A program made the translations under genes and the position numbers. Of a stretch of 64,000 nt of DNA, positions 1-13,104 are shown in pieces. Origin of the DNA: an uncultured Planctomycetaceae bacterium (GTDB taxonomy: Bacteria > Planctomycetota > Planctomycetia > Pirellulales > PALSA-1355); assembly GCA_963785305.1 (NCBI GenBank), contig CAWAUV010000007.1:1696001-1760000 (forward strand), in the 5' to 3' direction. Positions within the stretch are counted from its first letter, which is position 1, and each line of letters starts with the position of its first letter. The notes beneath the pieces were generated by a model. That model worked only from the letters and a program-made list of their open reading frames with translations. It was not told where the DNA came from and made no database searches.

Positions 1-3000
1 CCGCCGCGGAGCTGGCGGCGGTGTATTGCAGCGAGCCGCCCGCGAAGGTGATCGCTCCGGTCGTGCCCAAAGCCTGTGCGCTGCCGGCTTGGAGCACGCC
101 GCTCGTGAGTGTCGTGCCGCCGGCGTAGGTGTTCGTGCCCGAGAGTGTGGTCGTGGCCGAACCGGCCACGGTGACGCTACCCAGGCCCGAGACCGCGCCG
201 CTGATTGTCGTGGGACCCGCGCCGGCCAAGGTCAGGGCATAAGGCGACGAAGCGCCGGTGTTCACGTTGCCTGAAACCGTAAAGGCGTTCGTGCTGTTGT
301 TCGTCCAGCTTTGACTCGCGCCGAGGGCCACGTTGGCGCCGATCGAGTCGGCGCCCGAGCCGGCGTTCACGGTGATGCCGGTCCCCGCGGCATAGGTCCC
401 CGCGCCGGCGTTGATGGTGAGGGTGTTCGCGCCATTGATCGCCGTGGCGGCGGTGTTGGCCGAGCCGCTTCCAGTGAACGTCAGGCTGTTGATCGTGAAA
501 TCCGAGCCCAGCACGGTCGTGAGCGGCGTGGCCGCGGTGGCGGTCATATAGACATCGGTCGTGGCGCCCGGAGCGGCCTGGGCATTGGCGCCGGCGGGCG
601 CCGTGAGCCAGCTTGTGTTTCCTCCGCTCACGTTGTTCCAACTTGCGCCCTGGGCGCCGTTCCAATAGGCGGCCGCGGGAGTGGTCCCGGTGGCGGCGGT
701 CACGGAGAGGCTTTCGCTCGTGGCGTTGCCCGTCAAGGTGTAGACCTGGGAACCGATGATTTCGCTTGTTTGGCCGTTGCCGAATTGAAATGCGCCCGAG
801 CCGGTCTCGCTCGCGAAACCGAGCAGATTATAGGAGCCGAGGCCCAGTCCCGAGCCGGTAAGATTGATCGTCGTGGCGCCGCCGAGCGTCAATGCGCCCG
901 AGCTTGTGATCGAATCGACGCCCGAGCCCGAGACATTCAGCGTGAGCGAGCTGCCTGCGCCGAAGGTGAGGGCCGATGTGCTCAGCGCCGTGGCGCGCGC
1001 CGCTCTGATCGGCGAAGGTGAGTCCGCCATTGACCGTGAGGCTGCCGCTGGCGAGCGAATAGGCGCTCGAGGCGCTGGCGCCATCGATTTGCAATGTGGC
1101 GCCGCTGGCGACACTCACGGCCGACGTGGCAAGCGAGCCGCCTTGGGCCAAGGCCAATGTGCCGGAGCTCACAGTTGTCGGGCCGTTGTAGGTATCGGCG
1201 CCCGAGAGCGTGAGCGAACCGGTTCCGGCCACGGTCAGGCCGCCATCGGAGCCGCTGACGACGCCGGAGGTCAGGTTTTGGCCGATCGTCACGGCATATC
1301 CGCCGGGGTTGACCGTGGCGCCCGCGGCGCCGATGCTGGCGGTCATTGATCCAGCGTTGGCCCAGTTCAGGGGGCCGGTGGCTTGGATCGTGCCGCCGTT
1401 GAGGTTGAACGCGCTCGCGCCGGAGCCGACCGTGATTGCGGGCGTTTGAAGCACGCCGCCTGTGAGGTTGTAGGTGCTCGTGGCGCCGGTGTTGCCGAAC
1501 TGCAAGTTGATGGTGCTGACCGTGCCGCCCGATTGATTCACGATTCCGATCGCACTGGCGTTTCCCTTGGCCAGATAGAGGTCGCCCACGCTGAATGTGG
1601 CGGCGCCGCTAATATTGAGCGTGCCGGTTCCGGCTTGACCGTTGTCGACGAGGATGAAATCGTAGGTCCCGGCGGTGCTCTGGTAGGACGTAAAACTACC
1701 GGTTCCCTGCACAGTGAGCGCGGCGCTCGTTCCGCCGGTAGTGTTATTGAGCATGTCGTTGTAGGAGGATGTCGTGGTGACGGCGGCGCCTGAGTCGATA
1801 ATGGTCGTGCCGGCGCCGAAGTATAAGTGCGTATTGCCGAGGTTCGAGACCCCGGTCAGGTCAAGCGTGCCGGCGCCGCTGACTTGCAGAATCTGATTGT
1901 TGCCCACGGCCGCGATCGAGCCGCCATAGGTGAGCGTGTTGCCGGAGGTCACATTGATGGCATTGCCGCCGGTGTTGGTCATGTAGATTTGCCGATTGGC
2001 GCTGAGCGTGAAGCTGCTCGTTGCTTCGAGCGTGCCGCCGTTGAGCTGGATATCGGTCTTGGCCGCGACCGGAACGGCGCCGAGGTTGTTGTCGGCCGAA
2101 ATCGAGAGCGTGCTGCCGCCCTGAACGGTGTTGACACCACTGTAGGTGTTGGCGCCGGCAAGCACGAGCGTGCCGCCGGATCCTTCGGCGGTCACGCCGT
2201 AGCCCTTGCCGCCATCGCCAATCACGCCGGCAATGGTCAGGGTGTTGCCATTCGAGACATTGATCGGCGCATTTTCATTGAGTAGCACATTCCGCGTCGC
2301 GGCGAGGGTGAATGTGCCGGTGGCGTCGAGCGTGCCGCCGGTGAGGGTGAGGTTCGTGGCGGCGGTGGCCGGCGCGGCGCCCAGGTTGTTGTCGGCCGAG
2401 ATCGAGAGGTTGCCGACATTCATCACCGTGCCGCCCGTGTAGGTGTTGGCGCCGGAGAGCACGATCGTGCCGCCGTTGATGAATGTCAGGCCGTAAGCGC
2501 CGCTGATGGCGCCGCCCTCGGTGAGTGTGTTGCCGTTGACGGCGATCGTGACATTGGCGCCGAGTGTCACGGCGCCGGTTCCCATGTTGAGCGCGTTCGT
2601 GCCCAAATACGTGAAATTGCCGTTCCAGACTTGGGCATTGTTGTTCGCCAGCGTCAGGGCCGCGCCGCTCGTGTTGTCGATCGAGGTTCCACCAGAGATG
2701 GTGAGAGGGCCGGCGCCGAGCGCGGTGGCGTTGCCGATGCCGAGCGTGCCGGCATTTAGGATCGTGCCGCCGGAGTAAGTGTTGGCGCCGGAGAGCGTGA
2801 GCTCGTTGGCGCCCAACTTCACGAGGCCCAGCGAATTGGCGCCGCCATTGGTGTCGGCGATCACGTTGCCGTAGACGAATGCGCCGGCCGAGGTATCGAG
2901 ACCGAGATACGATCCGCCGAGGAAACCGCCGGTCGCCGAGCCAATGGCCGAGATCGTTTGCACATCGCTGGCCGTGAACTGGCCGGTCCCGACGCCCAGC

Positions 3001-5042
3001 GCCAGCGTGGCGCCGCTATTGACCACGATGTTCGAAGCGGTCCAGTTCGTGTTTACGTTGTTGTACAACGAGGATTCGGTGGTGAATTCCAGCGTGCCGG
3101 CATTGACGGTCGACACGCCGCCATATGCGCCGACGCCCGATAGTACCAAAGCGCCCGCGCCGGCCTTGGTGAGGCCATAGCCCAGGCTGTTGTCGGTGAT
3201 TTCACCGCCGATCGTGAGCGTGTTGGCGGCGACCGTCACCGTGGGCGTGATGCCCAAAGTCACTTCGCCCGACCCCGTGTTCAAGCTGTTCGAGCCGTTG
3301 AACGTGAACGAGCTATTCCAATTCTGCGAGTTGTAATTGCCGAAGGTGATCGCGGCGCCCGACGTATTGTCGAACGTGCCGCCATTGATGATGAAGTTGC
3401 TCGTGCCTAGCGCGGTGGCGTTATTCAAATTGAGCGGCGAGCCACTGGTGAGCGTGGTCGTGCCGCCATAGGTATTGGCGCCGGAGAGCGTCATGGTTCC
3501 CGGACCGCTCGGCGTGAACTGCCCATAACCCGACATGACGCCGCTGACCGTGAGTGTCTTGGCCGCGACCGTCAGATCGACCGTGCCGTTCAGCGACACC
3601 GCGCCGCTGACCGTGAGGTTGTTGGTTCCCACGAAGGTGAAGTTCGATTGCCAGTTTTGGCTGTTGCCGATAGTGAGGGCCGCTCCCGAGGTGTTGTCGA
3701 TCGACACCGGAACACTATTGGCGGAACTGATCGTGAGGGCCGACGTATTCGCCCCGAGCGCCGTGGCCGAACCGATATTCAGCAGGCCCCCCTGCATGGT
3801 CACGCCGCCGGTAAACGTATCCGCGCCCGAAATGTTCACCGTTCCCGGGCCGGTGAATTCCATGCCACCGGCGCCGGAAACCACGCCGGTCAGCGACAAT
3901 GCGTGCGAAGTATTGGCGTTGGTGACGGTCTCCGTGCCGTTGAGCGCGATGGCGCCGGAGAGCGTGAGGCTGTTCGTGCCCACGAACGTGAAATTCGAGT
4001 TCCAGGTCTCGGCATTGGCGATGGTGAGCGCGGCGCCCGAGGTATTGTCGATCGCGCCGCCTTGGATCGTGAAAGTTCCGGTTCCGAGCGCCGCGGCGTT
4101 TCCGAGTCCCAGGGTTGCTCCTTGGAGCGTCAGCCCGCCGGCGAAGGTGTTGGCGCCGGTTAGCGAGAGCTCGCCGGTCCCGTTGAGGGTAAGCGTGTTG
4201 GCGGCCACGCCCGAGATCACGCCGCCCACGGTGAGCGTGTTGGCGCCAAGGGTCACGTAGTCGGCCGCGCCGAGCGTGACGGCGCCCGTCCCCAGGTTCA
4301 AGCTATTGGTTCCGGTAAAGGCGAAGCTGGAATTCCAATTCTGGGTATTGTTCGTCGAGAGCGTGAGCGCGCTGCCGGAAGCGTTGTCGAGCGAGCCGCC
4401 GGCGATGGTGAGCGCGCCGGTTCCGAGCGCCGCGGCGTTGCCCAGCGCCAACGTTCCTCCGTTGAGCGTGGTTCCGCCGGTGTAGGTATTGGCGCCCGAG
4501 AGCGTGAGAGTTCCGCTCCCACCGGTGGCAATACTGCCGGGCGTGCCCGCCACATCGGACAACACGCCGCCGAAGGTCAGATTGCCGCCGCCGAAAGACG
4601 TCGTCATCGTGTTCGCGCCGCTGAGCACGATCGCGTTGTTGAACGTTTCCAGCGAAAACCCGTTGTTGTTGACGCCGCCCGTGAGTGTGAATTGATCGCC
4701 GCCGATGATATAGGCCGGCGCGGAATTGAATGTGATGTTCGCGAGCGAGAGCCCGGAGAGGTCGTCGTTGAGGGTCGTGCCCCCCGAGCCCTCGGAACCG
4801 AAAATGAGCGAATCGCCATTCGCGGGCGGGTTATTTCCCCCGGTCCAGCCGCCGGTCGACCAGTTGGCGGTCGTGCCGGTCCAAGTGTCGGTCGATTGGG
4901 CCCCCGCGATCGACGGCGCCGAAACAACGAGCGCGACCGCAATCGCCACGGCCGCTCGGAGGTTTCGTGTCAGCCGATCCCGGAGCGAAGGTTCGGAATT
5001 CCTAGAGGTCGAAGCGCAAGCGGGCAGCCGATGCTTCGTCAT
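1..5042 (-). CDS. Very large secreted/surface protein with autotransporter-associated beta-strand repeats (3' partial)
   Basis: ORF 828..5042 has a signal-like N-terminus and many G-x-G-T-L-x-L-S-G-A-N-T-Y-x-G-G-T repeats. An indel near 990 switches frame; the other frame (ATALSTSALTFGAGSSLTLNVSG...AYWNGAQGASWN) continues toward the window edge. Confidence 0.9.
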
Positions 5043-5158
5043 GACAATGTTCCATTGAGTCTGGGGGATGGGAATCGGGAGAACCGCTTACCAAGCAAGA
5101 AGTGACCGAATTCCGCGCCGATCCGACGGGGCAAATTTCCGCCAAACTGAGAGTGCCT

Positions 5159-5239
5159 TGCGGTTAAGCACCGCATCTCGAGCTCGACTTAATTAGCGCC
5201 GCCCGCTAATCCGCTATGTGCCAGCGGTGATTTACCGCA
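5159..5239. promoter_or_regulatory. Pair of palindromic candidate operator sites GCGGT-N5-ACCGC in the divergent promoter region
   Basis: TGCGGTTAAGCACCGCA at 5159-5175 and AGCGGTGATTTACCGCA at 5223-5239. Confidence 0.4.
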
Positions 5240-5495
5240 ATTAACGATGTTTGCCTAGTCACTGAATGCGGACGACCGCATCTTGCGGATATCCTGATTC
5301 ATCGAAGACTTTTTTGCAAGTAGTTTTTTCCAAATTCGAGAACTTCCTCGGACCCCGCTCTCTCGGGTGGAATGCAAAACCGAATTTACATCCGCTCGCG
5401 GAGCGCATCACTTGAGTCGCCGCCCGCAACGGTTATCATGTCGGGCGCCAATATCGACTTCGCGAGATCCACGAAAGGGAGCGGTGCTGCGAGTA

Positions 5496-6911
5496 ATGGA
5501 GACACAAATTGCCGTTTTAGGGGGCGGGCCCGGGGGCTACGCCGCGGCGTTCATGGCGGCCGATCTGGGAATGCGCGTCACGCTGATCGAGTCCGATCCG
5601 CGGTTGGGCGGAACCTGCCTGCTCCGCGGTTGCATTCCGTCGAAGGCCCTGCTGCATGTGGCGCGCGTGATCAGCGAGTCGCGCGAAATGCACGAATGGG
5701 GCGTTGCGTTTGATCCGCCCAAGATCGACATCGCCGGAGTGCGGGCCCGAAAGGAAAAGGTCATCAAGACGCTTTCCGATGGCTTGCGCGGTCTCGCCAA
5801 GCAGCGCAAGGTCGAAGTGATCCATGCCCGAGGTGTCTTCGAGAATTCGACCACGCTCCGGCTCGAGGGCGAGGGACTCAAAGACACGCGGCTGACCTAC
5901 GATTTTTGCGTGCTGGCCACTGGCTCGATCCCCGCGATGCCGGCCGCTTGGAAATTGCCTACCCGGCGGGTGATGGATTCCTCGGGCGCTCTCGATTTGG
6001 CCGACTTGCCCGAAACGCTACTGGTGATCGGCGGCGGCTATATCGGACTGGAAATGGGCAGTGTGTATGCCGAGCTCGGGTCGCGGGTGAGCGTGGTCGA
6101 GGCCACGAGCGGCCTCTTGCCGTTGGCCGATCGCGACCTGGTCAAGCCGCTGCAAACCCGACTTGCCAAGAGCTTCAAGAAAATCTGGCTCGACACGAAA
6201 GTGGTCTCGTTGGCCGATCAGGGCAACGCGATCGAAGTGGCGCTCGATGGTCCCGATGGTCCGCGGACTGAAAAATTCAGCCGCGTGCTCGTGGCCGTGG
6301 GCCGGCGGCCGAATAGCGTGGGGCTGGGGCTCGAGCGCACGGCGGTCGAGATCGACGCCAAGGGTTTCGTCGTCACCGACGACCGGCAACGCACGGCCGA
6401 TCCGCATATTTTGGCGATCGGCGATGTGTCGGGCGAGCCGATGCTGGCCCACCGCGCCACGCATCAGGGCAAGGTGGCGATCGAAGCGCTCGCCGGCGAA
6501 CCGGCCGCCTTTCAGCCGAGCTGCATTCCGGCAGTCGTGTTCACCGATCCGGAAGTGGCCTGGGCCGGCGTGACGGAAGAAGAAGCCAAGGCCCAAGGCA
6601 TCGCCCACGAAGTGTCCAAGTATCCCTGGGTAGCCAGCGGCAAGGCCCAGGCGCTGGGCCGCACCGAGGGCCTAACCAAGTTCATCGTCGATCCGGCGAC
6701 CGAGCGAGTGCTGGGCGTGGGCATCGTGGGTGTCAATGCGGGCGACCTGATCACGGAGGCGGTGGTGGCGCTCGAAATGGGCGCCACGGCGCGCGACATC
6801 GCCGAGTCGATCCATCCGCATCCAACCCTGAGCGAAACTCTGGGCAACGCCGCCGAGGTTTTCATGGGAACCGCCACGGAGATTTATAAGCCCCGCGCGA
6901 AAACCCACTAA
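5496..6911 (+). CDS. lpdA: Dihydrolipoyl dehydrogenase (E3)
   Basis: GGGPGG FAD motif, GGTCLLRGCIPSK redox disulfide, GGGYIG NAD motif, IHPHPTLSE C-terminal motif. Confidence 0.97.
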   Translation: METQIAVLGGGPGGYAAAFMAADLGMRVTLIESDPRLGGTCLLRGCIPSKALLHVARVISESREMHEWGVAFDPPKIDIAGVRARKEKVIKTLSDGLRGLAKQRKVEVIHARGVFENSTTLRLEGEGLKDTRLTYDFCVLATGSIPAMPAAWKLPTRRVMDSSGALDLADLPETLLVIGGGYIGLEMGSVYAELGSRVSVVEATSGLLPLADRDLVKPLQTRLAKSFKKIWLDTKVVSLADQGNAIEVALDGPDGPRTEKFSRVLVAVGRRPNSVGLGLERTAVEIDAKGFVVTDDRQRTADPHILAIGDVSGEPMLAHRATHQGKVAIEALAGEPAAFQPSCIPAVVFTDPEVAWAGVTEEEAKAQGIAHEVSKYPWVASGKAQALGRTEGLTKFIVDPATERVLGVGIVGVNAGDLITEAVVALEMGATARDIAESIHPHPTLSETLGNAAEVFMGTATEIYKPRAKTH

Positions 6912-7448
6912 CCGCTGGAAAAGACGTCGATTTGTCGATATTCGGCCGAAGAATTGGGCCGAAGGGGGCGATCGCCGGCCGAGGACTCAGTCACTCGGCG
7001 GAGCGAGCGGCCTGCAGGCGACTGGGCCGGCAAGTCTGGCGCCGGAGCGGTGGGCCTCGCCAAAGATGAAGGGACCGCAAGTTTTTCCAAAGCGCTGCGG
7101 CGCAAACAACTTAAGGCCCCTTTACCAAATCCGGGGCATGGATGATAATTTGAAGGATATTGTTTCCCTGGCCGTCGATCTTAGTTGTCTGCGGATTCCG
7201 CCCCTGGGGCCGCCGCGCCGTGGTTTCGCGCGGCTTTGCTTCGCACAACTGGGTTTCGTACGGTTGCATGTCGCGCGACTGGGCTGCGCGGTTGGGGGCA
7301 GTTGATCCGTCGGGGACGCCGGTCGCGGGCGATGGCGCCGCGAGCGCGGTGCTCACGGGCCGGGGAGGCCGGCAAGCAGGTCGCAAAGCGGTCCCCGTTC
7401 GCAAGTTCAATCGCGTTTGATTCGCTCAACCTTGAGAGGTGTTTATTC

Positions 7449-10135
7449 ATGGCCACAGTGGATGTAGTCAGCGCGCATGGCGACACGGACCCCGACGAAA
7501 CCGCCGAATGGCTCGAGTCGCTTCGCGGGGTGCTCGAGTCGCAAGGCCCCGAGCGCGTCAACTTCCTTCTGGCGTCTTTGAGCGAAGCGGCTCATCGCCA
7601 AGGCGTCGAGTTGCCGTTCACCGCCACCACGCCCTACATCAACTCGATTCCCAAAGACAAGCAGCCCCCCTACCCTGGCAACCGCGAGATCGAGCGGCGG
7701 ATCAAAAGCATCATTCGCTGGAACGCCATGGCGATGGTCAGCCGCGCCAACAAGCTCGATTCGAGCATCGGCGGCCATATCTCGACCTTCGCCTCGAGCG
7801 CCACGCTCTACGAAGTGGCCTTCAACCACTTCTTCAAAGGCAAGGGCGCCGACTACTCCGGCGACCAGATTTACTTTCAGGGCCACGCCGCGCCGGGCAT
7901 GTATGCCCGCGCTTTTCTCGAAGGCCGTTTGACGGAGAAGAACCTCGAGAATTTCCGCCGCGAGCTGGCGCCTGGCGGCGGGTTGTCGTCGTATCCGCAT
8001 CCGTGGTTGATGCCCAATTTCTGGGAATTCCCCACGGTTTCGATGGGTCTGGGCCCGATCATGGCCATCTATCAGGCCCGCTTCAACAAGTACCTGCAAG
8101 ACCGCGGCATCAAGACGACCGAAAACACCCATGTTTGGGCATTTCTGGGCGATGGTGAGTGCGACGAGCCCGAAACGCTCGGCGCGATCACGCTCGCCGG
8201 TCGGGAGGCGCTCGACAACCTGATCTTCGTGATCAACTGCAATCTTCAGCGGCTCGATGGCCCGGTGCGCGGCAATGGCAAGATCATTCAAGAGCTCGAA
8301 GGCGCCTTCCGCGGCGCGGGCTGGAATGTGATCAAGGTCATTTGGGGCGATAGCTGGGACCCGCTCCTATCGAAGGACAAGACCGGCCTCTTGGCCAAGC
8401 GGATGGACGAGGTCGTCGATGGCGAATATCAAAAATACACCGTCATGGGCGGCGATTACATTCGCGAGCACTTTTTCGGCAAGTATCCCGAACTGCTTGC
8501 CATGGTGCGAGGCATGTCCGACGACGATCTCAAAAAGCTCCGCCGCGGCGGCCACGATCCTGAAAAGGTCCATGCGGCCTACAAAGCGGCCGTCGAATGC
8601 CAAGGCAAACCGACCGTGGTGCTGGCCAAGACGATCAAGGGCTACGGCCTGGGCGAGATCGGCGAAGGGCGCAACGCCACCCATTCGCAGAAAAAGCTCG
8701 GCGAGAAGGAATACCGCGAGTTTCGCAGTCGCTTCGGTATTCCCATCTCCGACGACGAAGTTGGCAAGGCGCCGTTCTACAAGCCGGCCGACGACAGCGA
8801 CGAAATGAAATACATGCGTGATCGCCGCGAGAAGCTCGGCGGCTTGCTTGCCCTCGCGCAACACGCTTACGGTGCGCACCGAAACGCCCCGCGCCACGCG
8901 AATATCCCGACTTGCTCGCCGGCAGCGGCGAGAAAGAAGCCTCGACCACCGCCGGCTTTGTCGCCGTGCTCCGCACGCTCCTCGCGCGACAAGCGAATCG
9001 GCAAATACATCGTGCCGATCGTGCCCGATGAGTCACGCACCTTCGGCATGGAGGGTTTGTTCAAACAGATCGGCATTTACTCCCATGTCGGCCAGCTCTA
9101 CGAACCGGTCGACGCCGGCATGCTTTCCTACTATCGCGAAGCCACCGATGGCCAGTTGCTCGAGGAAGGCATCACCGAGGCCGGATCGATGGCCTCGTTC
9201 ATCGCCGCCGGCACCGCCTACTCCAGCCACGGAATCAACATGATTCCGTTCTATATCTACTACTCGATGTTCGGCTTCCAGCGAATTGGCGACATGATCT
9301 GGGCCGCCATGGACTGCCGGGCCAAGGGCTTTTTGATCGGGGGCACCGCCGGCCGCACCACGCTCGCCGGCGAGGGCCTTCAGCATCAAGACGGCCACAG
9401 CCACTTGAACTCGATCGCCTTCCCCAATGTCCGCTCCTACGACCCGGCCTTCGGCTACGAAACTTCGTTGATCGTGTTCGACGGCATGAAACGCATGTAC
9501 GAAGACGGCGAAGACGCGATCTATTACATCACGGTGTGCAACGAGAACTATCGCCAGCCGCCGATGCCCGCCGGCGTGGAAGAGGGCGTGATTCGCGGTA
9601 TTTACAAATACGCGAGCAAGGAAGTCGCCGGCGCGGGCGCCAAGAAAGTGCAGCTCTTCGGCAGCGGCGCGATCTTGCGGGAAACGATTCGCGCTCAGGA
9701 AATCCTGGCCGAGCAGTTTCATGTGTCGAGCATGTGTGGAGTGTCACCAGCTACACCGAGCTGCGGCGCGACGCTCATGCCTGCGAGCGCTGGAATATGT
9801 TTCACCCGAGTGAAACGCCGCGCCGGCCCTATGTCGAAACCTTGCTCGAAGGCGTGCCGGGGCCATTTATCGCCGCGTCGGACTATGTGCGGGCCGTGTC
9901 GGAGCAGATTTCTCCCTGGGTTCCGGGCGGATTGTATGTGCTAGGCGCCGATGGATTCGGCCGTAGCGAGCTTCGCAAGCCGCTCCGGCGCCACTTCGAG
10001 GTCGACGCCGAGTGCATCGCCATCGCCGCGTTGTATCGACTGGCCAAGCTCGGCAAATTGCCCGAGAGCGCCGTCACGGCCGCGATCCAACAACTGGGAG
10101 TCGACCCCGAGAAAATCGACCCGATTCGCGCCTAA
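7449..10135 (+). CDS. aceE: Pyruvate dehydrogenase E1, homodimeric type (indels near 8850-8990 and about 9730)
   Basis: GGHIS, FQGH, LSSYPHPWLMP, GDGE...NCNLQRLDGPV ThDP motif, EEGITEAG, GEGLQHQDGHS; C-terminus is in ORF 9536..10135. Confidence 0.95.
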
Positions 10136-10342
10136 CCGCATCATGTCGCCCGATGGCCCGCGGGGGCCAATGGGAAGCAGCGGAGCCACGCGGCGAGAAA
10201 TCGCAACCAACATGGCAAACGATTATTGTCGCGAACGAAGCGGGCCACGCGGCTTGGAATTCGATTCCGGAGCCGCGGCCTGAGCGCTTCGCGGAATTAC
10301 ACCTCAAACGATTGATACCACGACCGACGGAGTTTCCGATCC

Positions 10343-11716
10343 ATGGCCATTGATTTCCGGCTGCCCGACCTAGGCGAAAATATCGAGTCGGGCGACATCG
10401 TGAATGTGCTCGTGCATGAAGGCGATCAGATCGTCGCCGAGCAAGGAGTGCTTGAAGTCGAGACCGGCAAGGCCGTGATCGAGTTGCCCTGTCCGCATGC
10501 GGGCCGCGTGACCAAGGTGCATGTGAAAAAGGGCTCGAAGGTGAAGCCAGGCGACGCCCTCTTGACGCTCGAGGCGTCGAACGGCGTGGCTGCCTCGACG
10601 GCGCCGAAAGCTCCGGAGCCGGCAATTTCGAAGGTCGCTCCGGCGCCGTCAGACGAGCCCGGCCCCGGTGGCGGCAAGGCCGGCGCCAGCCGCGCCCGCG
10701 GCGAACCACTCGGCGCCCGCGGCGCCGAAATCGATCGCCGCGCCGAAAGAAGCCGAAAAGCCGCTTCGCACGCCTCCGGCCGGTCCGGCCACGCGCCGCT
10801 TGGCCCGCGAGTTAGGCGTCGATCTCAGCCGTGTCGAAGGCACGGGCTCCGGCGGCCGTATCACCGAGGAAGATGTGAAGGCCTCGGTGCGAAATAGCGC
10901 CGCGCCAGCAACCGTGGCACCCGAATCCGCGCCTGCCCGTACTCCGGCTCCGGCTCGGACCCCGGCGGTGCGCAGCGCTCCGCCCGAGGGCGCCGACGAG
11001 CAAGACGCCTGGGGCACGATCCGCCGCCAGCCCATGCCGAAGATTCGCAAGACGATCGCGGTGAACATGCACCGCTCGGCGACGACGATCCCACATGTCA
11101 CGAATTTCGACGACGCCGATATCACCGAACTCGAGCGCATCCGCAAGGGCGGGCTGGTCGATTATATCGACCCGAGCATCAAGCTCACCATGATGCCCTT
11201 CGTGATGAAGGCGATCGCGCAGTCGCTCAAGCTGCATCCGATTCTCAACACCTCGATCGATCTGGAAAACGAAACCATCACCTATAAGCAATACATCAAC
11301 ATCGGCGTGGCCGTCGACACGGAACGCGGATTGGTCGTGCCGGTGATTCGCAATGTCGACCGAATGAGCATTCCGGCGATCGCCCAGGCGCTGGGCGCGG
11401 TCGCGGAAAAGGCCGCGCAAGAGCCAATTCACGGTTGATGATCTCAAAGGCGCCACCTTCACGATTAGCAACCTCGGCGCCGTGGGCGGCACGTATTCGA
11501 CGCCGATCATCAATCACCCGGATGTCGCGATTCTGCTCACCGGCCGCAGCCGCAAGCTGCCGGTCGTGGTCGACGACAAGATCGAGACCGCGGCTGATGA
11601 TGCCGCTCAGCCTGTCGTATGATCACCGGATCATCGACGGCGCGACGGCCGCCCGCTTCTTGAACGAGATTATCGGCTATCTGAAGAACCCCGGCCGGCT
11701 GCTTTTGGCGCCCTAG
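10343..11716 (+). CDS. aceF: Dihydrolipoamide acetyltransferase E2 (several indels)
   Basis: Lipoyl domain ([11 protein letters not shown]), E3-binding domain ([14 protein letters not shown]...GSGGRIT), catalytic [11 protein letters not shown]. Confidence 0.93.
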
Positions 11717-11807
11717 CGGGAGGTAGCCGGAAGTGGTCGTTCCGCGAGCGGGGCGATCGCCGCGGAGGTTCGTGTAACGAATGGAACTGGCAGGGAGGCC
11801 GAGGTCG

Positions 11808-12681
11808 ATGGGCGGCAAACCGGAAAAATCACCCTCGCCGCGCGGGGCGGCGCAGTGGTTCGAGAGCTTGGCCGCCGCCGGCGTAAGCCATGTGGGCCGC
11901 GGCAAGACCGCCGGGAAAACCGGCGCCAAAAACGCCGAAGCCAAGGGCAAAGCCGCCCGAGCGAGCGACGCCCCGGGAAACGCTGTTCAAGCAAACGCCG
12001 CTTTGGAAACAGCCGCCGCAAGCAGCTCCGCGACCGCGAAACTCGCGGCCGCCAAGTCCGGCCCCTCGGCTCGAGCGCCGCGGCGCCGCCAGCCCAACCC
12101 GTGGCGGAGTGGTCGAGCCCGACGCGATCTGGGAATCGCTCCGCTGCCGCGTGGTCAAGTGCCGACGCTGTGGCGAACTGGCCGAGACTCGCACCCAAAC
12201 GGTTTTCGGCGTCGGCAATCATCGGCCACTGCTCTGTTTTTTGGGCGAAGCGCCGGGGGCCGATGAAGATCGCCAGGGCGAGCCGTTTGTCGGCGCCGCG
12301 GGCCAACTGCTCAATAAGATCATCGAAGCCTGCCGCATGACGCGCGAGGAGGTCTATATCCTCAATGTGCTGAAATGCCGCCCGCCGGGAAATCGCGCCC
12401 CGCTGCCGGAAGAAGCGTCGAACTGCCGCGAATACCTCGACGAACAACTCGCGCTGCTCGCGCCGAGATTCGTCTGCTGCCTGGGGGCCGTGGCCGCGCA
12501 AAATCTTTTGGGCACGACCGTGGCGATTGGCCGCCTCCGCGGACAACTTCACGCCCATGCCGACTACCAGGTGCTCTGCACCTATCATCCCGCCTATTTG
12601 CTGCGAAACCCGGCCGCCAAGCGCGATGTGTGGGAAGACATGAAATTGCTGATGGCCGCGATGGGCCGCCCGGTCGGCTAA
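11808..12681 (+). CDS. Uracil-DNA glycosylase family 4 (indel in the N-terminal linker)
   Basis: CxxCxL Fe-S ligands, [32 protein letters not shown]. Confidence 0.92.
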
Positions 12682-12726
12682 CGGCCTGTTGAACATGGCA
12701 ACGGGCAGCCAAGCGCGCGGCCGGTT

Positions 12727-13104
12727 TCACCCGCCCACGGGCTGCGAGCTCGGCACCAGCTTCCAAAGCGTCTCGCGCAGCTCGCGCACCTTGAGCGGCA
12801 TCTGCAATACGACTCGATGCTCGGCCAACTTCACCTGCTTGAGCCAGCCCCGCTGCCGCTCGCCAAGCAGCAGAATCGCCGGCAATTGCCGGGTGTCGTC
12901 CGAGTCATCAAGACGATTGAAAGCCGCCAGCGCCGACTCGCCAAGTTCGCCGGTGCTGATCAAAATACAGTCGGCCGGCTTCGGATGGTCGCCAAACCGG
13001 GCCAACGCCCGATCAGGATCGCGGGTGACCAAGATCCGAAAGCCGTTCGATTTCAGTTTCTCGCGAAAGATATCCTGCAGGGCCATGTTCGATTCGACCA
13101 CCAT
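12727..13104 (-). CDS. Atypical (pseudo-)receiver domain, possibly the C-terminus of the adjacent kinase
   Basis: CheY-like layout (VVESN...GFRILVTRD...ADCILIS...LQMPLKVRELRETL) without the canonical DD pair or phosphoacceptor Asp. Confidence 0.7.
   Translation of the reverse strand: MVVESNMALQDIFREKLKSNGFRILVTRDPDRALARFGDHPKPADCILISTGELGESALAAFNRLDDSDDTRQLPAILLLGERQRGWLKQVKLAEHRVVLQMPLKVRELRETLWKLVPSSQPVGG

Noticed and set aside
6940..6970. GGCCGAAG direct repeat after lpdA
   Set aside because: Only two short copies with no partner arm; not enough to call an element
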